From an uncultured Gemmatimonadaceae bacterium (GTDB taxonomy: Bacteria > Gemmatimonadota > Gemmatimonadetes > Gemmatimonadales > GWC2-71-9): a DNA stretch of 64,000 nucleotides. Within the stretch, counting starts at the first letter, position 1, and each line of letters opens with the position of its first letter. Positions 59,365 through 64,000 of this stretch are shown in pieces. A program made the translations under genes and the position numbers. The stretch lies in assembly GCA_964571795.1 (NCBI GenBank), contig CAZNDK010000002.1:47466-111465 (forward strand). Reading direction: 5' to 3'. The notes beneath the pieces were generated by a model. It worked only from the letters and a program-made list of their open reading frames with translations, did not search any database and was not told the DNA's origin.

Positions 59365-61691
59365 GTCCTCCGGAGCCGCAGGCTGTTGGTCACGACGGAC
59401 ACGCTGCTCACGGCCATCGCCGCCGCGGCCATCGTGGGGGTGAGGAGGATGCCGAACATCGGGTAGAGCGCGCCGGCCGCCACGGGGATGCCCACCACGT
59501 TGTAGGCAAAGGCCCAGAAGAGGTTCTGCCGGATGACGCGGAGCGTGCGCCGCGCGAGGCGGACCGCCTCGGGCACGCCGAGCAGGTCGCCCCGCATCAG
59601 CGTGACGTCTCCCGCCTCGACGGCCACGTCGGTGCCGGTGCCGATGGCGATGCCGACGTCGGCCTGCGCCAGGGCGGGCGCATCGTTGAGCCCGTCGCCC
59701 ACCATCCCGACCACCCTGCCCTCCCCCTGCAGCCGCTGGATTTCATCCCGCTTGTGCTCCGGCAGCACCTCAGCGACCAGCCGCGTGATGCCGACCTGCC
59801 GGGCGACGGCGTCCGCCGTCGTCCGCCCGTCGCCGGTGAGCATCACGACCTCGAGGCCGAGCGCCTCGAGCCCGCGCACCGCCTCGGCGCTGCTGGGCTT
59901 GATGGGATCGGCGACCGCGATGATCCCCGCCGCTTCGCCGCCGATGGCCACGAGCACCGGCGTGGCGCCGCGGGCGGCGAGCTGCTCCGCCTCCGCGGCG
60001 AGCGGCGCGGGGTCCACGCCCCAGTCGGCGAGCATGGCGCGATTGCCGACCAGCACGCCCCGTCCGTCCACGACCCCCACGGCGCCCTTGCCCGGCGTCA
60101 CCTGGAATTCCGCGACGGCGGGAATGGTCAGGCCGCGCTCCCGGGCCGCGGCCACGATCGCCTCGCCGAGGGGGTGCTCGCTCATCTGCTCGAGGGCGGC
60201 CGCCGCCGCGAGCATTGCGGAGTCGTTCCCTGCCCCGAGCGCCCAGACGTCGGTGACCGCCGGGCTCCCCGCCGTGATGGTGCCGGTCTTGTCGAGCACT
60301 ACGACCTGGAGCTCCGCCATGCGCTGGAGGATGTCGCCCCCCTTGAACAGCACGCCCCGCTCCGCGCCGCGGCCGGTGGCCACCATGACGGCGGTCGGCA
60401 CGGCGAGGCCCATGGCGCAGGGACAGGCGATGATCAGCACGGTGACCGCCGCGGCCAGTGCCCGCACCACGCGCGGTTCCGGTCCGAGGAAATACCATAC
60501 CGCGAAGGTGCCGAGGGCGATGACGATGACCACCGGCACGAAGACGGCGGCGATCCTGTCGGAGAGCTGCTGGATTGGCGCCTTGGCGCCCTGCGCCTCG
60601 CGCACCATGCGGATGATCTGCGCCAGCACGGTGTCGCCGCCCACGCGGGTGGCGCGCATGCGGATGGCGCCGGCACGGTTGAGCGTGGCGCCGACCACCG
60701 AACTCCCCGCGCGCTTGGCCACCGGCGTCGGCTCGCCGGTCAGCATCGCCTCGTCCACCGAGGTGGTGCCCTCGAGCACCACGCCGTCCACCGGGATGGT
60801 CTCGCCGGGGCGGACCAGCAGCTCATCCCCGGTGCGGACCTGGTCCAGCGGAAGATCGGTCACTTCCCCGCCCCGCACGACGTGCGCGGTATCGGGCCTG
60901 AGCGCCACGAGCTTCCGGATGGCGGCGGAGGTGCGCCCCTTGGCGCGGGCCTCGAGGTAGTTGCCGAGGAGGATGAGCGCGATGATGGCGATGACGGCTT
61001 CGTAGTACACGTGCGGCTCGACGCCGCGGGCCACGAAGTACGGGGAGCCGAGCGTCATGGCCAGGCTGAACAGGAACGCCGCGCCGGTGCCGACCGACAC
61101 GAGGGTGTTCATGTCGGCGCCGCCGTGCCGGGCCGCGGCCCACGCGCGCACGTAGAAGTGGCGCCCGGCCCAGAAGACGATGGGCAGCGTGAGCAGCAGG
61201 AGCGTCCAGCGCCAGGCGTCGGCGCTCACGGTGAAGAGCCCGGGCGCCACCGATCGGAGCGCACCGGCGATCGGCATCATGAGGTGCATGAGCGGGTCGG
61301 AGGCGCCCTGCGCGGCGGCCGCCTCGCCGAGTGGAATGCCGATGAGCATGGCCACGGCCGCGGCGACGAGGCTGACCGTGACCTTCCGCCTGAGCGTGGC
61401 GCGCTCGGCGGCCATCCGGAGCTCGTCGGCGGTTTCCGCCTCGCCGGCGGCCAGCTCGGGGCGGGGCAGCTCGGCGCCGTAGCCGGTGTCCTTGATGGCG
61501 GCCACCAGCGCGTCGAGCGAGGAGACCGCCGGGTCGAACTCCACCGTGGCGGAGTTGGTCATCAGGTTCACGTTGGCCGACGCCACGCCGGGAGCACGCT
61601 CCAGCGTGCGCTGGATGCGTGCGCTGCAGGCGGCGCAGGTCATCCCGGTGACCGGGATGGTGGCGCGCTCGGTGGCGGTGGCCGTGCTCAT
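59361..61691 (-). CDS. copA: copper-translocating P1B-type ATPase
   Basis: HMA domain [38 protein letters not shown]. Confidence 0.95.
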   Translation of the reverse strand: MSTATATERATIPVTGMTCAACSARIQRTLERAPGVASANVNLMTNSATVEFDPAVSSLDALVAAIKDTGYGAELPRPELAAGEAETADELRMAAERATLRRKVTVSLVAAAVAMLIGIPLGEAAAAQGASDPLMHLMMPIAGALRSVAPGLFTVSADAWRWTLLLLTLPIVFWAGRHFYVRAWAAARHGGADMNTLVSVGTGAAFLFSLAMTLGSPYFVARGVEPHVYYEAVIAIIALILLGNYLEARAKGRTSAAIRKLVALRPDTAHVVRGGEVTDLPLDQVRTGDELLVRPGETIPVDGVVLEGTTSVDEAMLTGEPTPVAKRAGSSVVGATLNRAGAIRMRATRVGGDTVLAQIIRMVREAQGAKAPIQQLSDRIAAVFVPVVIVIALGTFAVWYFLGPEPRVVRALAAAVTVLIIACPCAMGLAVPTAVMVATGRGAERGVLFKGGDILQRMAELQVVVLDKTGTITAGSPAVTDVWALGAGNDSAMLAAAAALEQMSEHPLGEAIVAAARERGLTIPAVAEFQVTPGKGAVGVVDGRGVLVGNRAMLADWGVDPAPLAAEAEQLAARGATPVLVAIGGEAAGIIAVADPIKPSSAEAVRGLEALGLEVVMLTGDGRTTADAVARQVGITRLVAEVLPEHKRDEIQRLQGEGRVVGMVGDGLNDAPALAQADVGIAIGTGTDVAVEAGDVTLMRGDLLGVPEAVRLARRTLRVIRQNLFWAFAYNVVGIPVAAGALYPMFGILLTPTMAAAAMAVSSVSVVTNSLRLRRT

Positions 61692-61695
61692 CGAT

Positions 61696-61914
61696 TCAGA
61701 CCGGGCTCGGCGCCGGCGTGGCCCGGTAGCCTTCGTCGGAAACGGCGGCGGCGATGCGTTCCGCGTCGATCTTCGACGGATCGTAGCGCACTTCGGCGCG
61801 GCCGATCTTGACGGAATCGATCTGGACGCCGTCGAGCGTGGAGAGCGCCTTGTTCACGGCGTTCAGGCAGTGCCCACAGGACATGCCTTCGATGTGGAGG
61901 GTGAGGTTTTCCAT
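61696..61914 (-). CDS. copZ: heavy-metal-associated copper chaperone
   Basis: 72 aa. [13 protein letters not shown]. Confidence 0.9.
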   Translation of the reverse strand: MENLTLHIEGMSCGHCLNAVNKALSTLDGVQIDSVKIGRAEVRYDPSKIDAERIAAAVSDEGYRATPAPSPV

Positions 61915-61918
61915 GGCT

Positions 61919-61946
61919 CCAAGGGGTAGTAGTAGGGGATACCTAT
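61919..61946 (-). promoter_or_regulatory. conserved 28-nt motif upstream of copZ (copy 2 of 2)
   Basis: ccaaggggtagtagtaggggatacctat. 23/28 identical to 17128-17155. Ends 4 nt from the copZ ATG. Confidence 0.5.
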
Positions 61947-62083
61947 CCTATTTGCTGCTCCGGTAGACGGCGGACCGCCCGACTCGAGCAGCCAACCTGC
62001 CCAGGAAGCTGCGCTGGAACTCAGGCCAGAATCTATATAGGGTGGGGGGGTATGTCAATAGTCGCCGGCCGTCGGGCTGAAGT

Positions 62084-62095
62084 TGTTGCCCAACA
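62084..62095. promoter_or_regulatory. palindrome TGTTGCCCAACA (site 1)
   Basis: 5-bp arms with a CC centre. Differs by one base from site 2. Confidence 0.45.
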
Positions 62096-62159
62096 GGCAT
62101 TTGCAAGATGAGGCGGTGAACTCACGGGCCCACTCGCTGCGGGTGATCAGTGCCTAAAT

Positions 62160-62171
62160 TGTTGCGCAACA
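62160..62171. promoter_or_regulatory. perfect palindrome TGTTGCGCAACA (site 2)
   Basis: Perfect 12-bp palindrome, 58 nt upstream of the GAF gene ATG. Centre is 76 bp from site 1. Confidence 0.5.
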
Positions 62172-62228
62172 GTGATTTACCATGATGGAGTGCAAGTCGA
62201 GGCATGCAAAGTGCACTAGGCATCACCC

Positions 62229-63863
62229 ATGAGCGACCACCGCGACTCGTTCCGATCCTCCTCCGAAGGGAGCGAAATCGAGGCCCTCGATTTGAGGGTG
62301 CCTCTGCTTCGCCTCAAGGGGAGCTCGTGGGACGCCGTGGCGCTGGAGACCTGGCTGGAGGCCCTGTCGGGTCTGCTCGCGCCGGAGCTCCCGCACGACC
62401 TGATGGCGCTCTGGGTGTATCCGCCCGAGGGCCCGGCCGTGCTGATCGGTCCGTCGGCCCTCGCGCAGGACAGCCTCGAGGTGCCGACCCCTGCGCCGCA
62501 CTTGGGACAGGATGAGCTCTACACCATGGAGCAGCGCATTCGCACCGCGGGTTACGCCTCCGTGGTGTGCATGGCCGTGCCGCATGGCGACCGCGACGTG
62601 GGCCTCTTGCTGCTCGCCGACCTTCGACACGCCCGCTATGGATTGCCGGAGGCGGTGCTGCTCCGGAACGTGGCCGACTCGCTCGGGCCCACTCTGGCGC
62701 GCGTGGCGCGGCAGGGCAGGGAACCCCTCGAGCCCCCGCGCGACGACGGCTCCCCGCCGCCGCCCGAACGCCGCCGCTCGGAACCGGGCCGGAAGCTCGT
62801 CGAACTTCACGCCCTCCTGGCCAAGCTCGGCCTGGCCGAGTCGGCCTCGCGCACGCCGAGGGAGTTCTCTGAATTCGTGTCGCAGGCGCTGCAGCCGATG
62901 CTGCCCCATGATCGCATGCAGATCCTGGTGCCCGACGCGTCGGCGCAGGAGCACTATCGCTTCGACCGGCATGGCCCCGGCACCTTCTGGTCCGATCCGG
63001 CGCTGGTGGTCACGCGGGAACAGTTCGACCCCGCGGCGCTCTTCGGTGATGCGGACGAGATCCTGGTAGGCGATACCAGTGCGCAGCCGCATCATCCCGC
63101 CTGGTGTCCGGATATCCCGGGGCAGGGCAGGGGAGAGCCGCTGGCGCGCGCGGTCATCGGCGTGCGGCTGCTCTCGCAGACGCGGGTGGCGGGCTACCTC
63201 CTCCTGGGCGGCAACGGCCCCGACTTCTTCCGGCCCGACGATCTCGACCTGCTGCGCCAGGTGGCGCCGCTGGTGGCGGTGCGGGTCGACAGCTTCCTCC
63301 TCGCCTGGCAGGTGCAGGTCATGCGCTCGCACCTGAGCGTGCTCCGCAATGTGCCGGCCCACCTGGGGCGCATCGCCGAGGTGCTCGCCACCACGGCGCA
63401 CGTGGGCGCGGCCACGCGGCTCTTTGCGCGCGAGGCGGCCAGCGTGCTGCCCTTCGACCGGATGGAGTTTGCACTTCGCCTCGGCGAAGCAGACGAAGTG
63501 GTGATGGTGGCTCCGGGCGACGCCCGGCCGCTGCCCGACCTGCCGCTCGTGTCGGTGGCCGGCACCGAGCTGGGCCGTGTGCTGCGGGGTGAACTGCCGC
63601 ATGCGTACGCGTCGGCGCGCCGCCAGCTCGAGGCCGACCCAGGGACGGGGCACCCCACGGCCGCGCTGGTGGTACCGCTCCGCCTGGCGGGCCGGATCTT
63701 CGGCTGCCTGACGCTGCTGGCGGCCGGCGCCGACGCCTTCACGCGGGCCGACATCGCGCTGGCACAGCAGCTGGCGGACGTCCTGGCTCCCCACCTCGAA
63801 CTGCTCCGCCGGGCGTCGCTGTCGACGCCGCCGGTGGCGCCGGGATGGCGGAGACGGCCGTAG
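62229..63863 (+). CDS. multi-GAF-like domain protein without a recognisable output domain
   Basis: 544 aa. Three segments with the same pattern (..GLLLLADLRHARYGLPEAVLLRNVADSLGPTLARV; ..GYLLLGGNGPDFFRPDDLDLLRQVAPLVAVRV; ..GCLTLLAAGADAFTRADIALAQQLADVLAPHLELL), as at the ends of GAF domains. Confidence 0.65.
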   Translation: MSDHRDSFRSSSEGSEIEALDLRVPLLRLKGSSWDAVALETWLEALSGLLAPELPHDLMALWVYPPEGPAVLIGPSALAQDSLEVPTPAPHLGQDELYTMEQRIRTAGYASVVCMAVPHGDRDVGLLLLADLRHARYGLPEAVLLRNVADSLGPTLARVARQGREPLEPPRDDGSPPPPERRRSEPGRKLVELHALLAKLGLAESASRTPREFSEFVSQALQPMLPHDRMQILVPDASAQEHYRFDRHGPGTFWSDPALVVTREQFDPAALFGDADEILVGDTSAQPHHPAWCPDIPGQGRGEPLARAVIGVRLLSQTRVAGYLLLGGNGPDFFRPDDLDLLRQVAPLVAVRVDSFLLAWQVQVMRSHLSVLRNVPAHLGRIAEVLATTAHVGAATRLFAREAASVLPFDRMEFALRLGEADEVVMVAPGDARPLPDLPLVSVAGTELGRVLRGELPHAYASARRQLEADPGTGHPTAALVVPLRLAGRIFGCLTLLAAGADAFTRADIALAQQLADVLAPHLELLRRASLSTPPVAPGWRRRP

Positions 63864-63869
63864 ACAGGC

Positions 63870-63995
63870 GAAGGAGAAAGGGGACTTGGGACTTGGAGGG
63901 GTTCGAGGAGATAAGGAGAAATGTGGGTCGATCACCCCCGCCTCTCTCCTTCCTCTTTCCGCCCCTCCAAGTCCATAGTCCCTTTCTTCTTGACC
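63870..63995. repeat. GGACT-heptad long hairpin element, copy 3
   Basis: Purine arm GAAGGAGAAAGGGGACTTGGGACTTGGAGGGGTTCGAGGAG.. from 63870. Pyrimidine arm ..CCGCCCCTCCAAGTCCATAGTCCCTTTCTTC.. runs to about 63995. Starts 7 nt after the GAF gene stop and abuts the window end. Confidence 0.75.
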
Positions 63996-64000
63996 CCTTC

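Noticed and set aside
61937-61948. GGATACCTATCC inverted repeat considered as the CsoR operator
   Set aside because: Characterised CsoR boxes are GC-rich pseudo-palindromes of the ATACCCC..GGGGTAT type. This repeat and the nearby TAGGGTGGGGGGGTAT (62039-62053) each resemble only a half-site, so the identity is not supported.

Overview
GC-rich bacterial chromosomal segment; third codon positions are almost all G/C. I count about 62 credible protein genes and recognise no rRNA, tRNA, CRISPR array, transposase or phage genes. Most long ORFs in the six-frame track are antisense or out-of-frame artefacts of the high GC content. All calls rest on motifs read by eye, since no database search was possible. 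Content is mainly core functions: pyrE, polA, rnd, def, fdxA, a complete sufR-sufBCDSU operon, mnmG followed by two perfect parS sites and parA-parB, a BMP-type ABC importer, aqpZ, rocF, plsC, queG, ndh and a copZ-copA-csoR copper module. The lineage cannot be proven from this window. The GWxTD lipoprotein, bactofilin, PlpD-like patatin and overall style suggest a Gram-negative high-GC phylum such as Gemmatimonadota, but that is a guess. The most unusual feature is a family of intergenic elements built on a 7-nt GGACT-containing period. Three are long purine-arm/pyrimidine-arm hairpins (37405-37570, 58878-59011, 63870-63995). One is a perfect 26-bp (GAGGACT)n hairpin with a T6 tract (24152-24225). 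Three are one-armed (GAGGACT)n arrays (42856, 44587, 54265); two of these bracket a single GMC oxidoreductase gene, and two of the long hairpins bracket the copper/GAF segment. Other points worth a second look: parAB is translationally chained to an M23 peptidase, a bactofilin and a nucleoside-type ABC importer; the suf operon is extended by a bacilliredoxin-like gene and a His-rich small ORF; a 28-nt motif is shared by the def and copZ upstream regions; several strong palindromes sit in divergent promoter regions; and queG and mnmG each contain a patch of rare AT-ending codons. I found no clear defence, toxin or mobile system. The repeat family is the best candidate for something undescribed.
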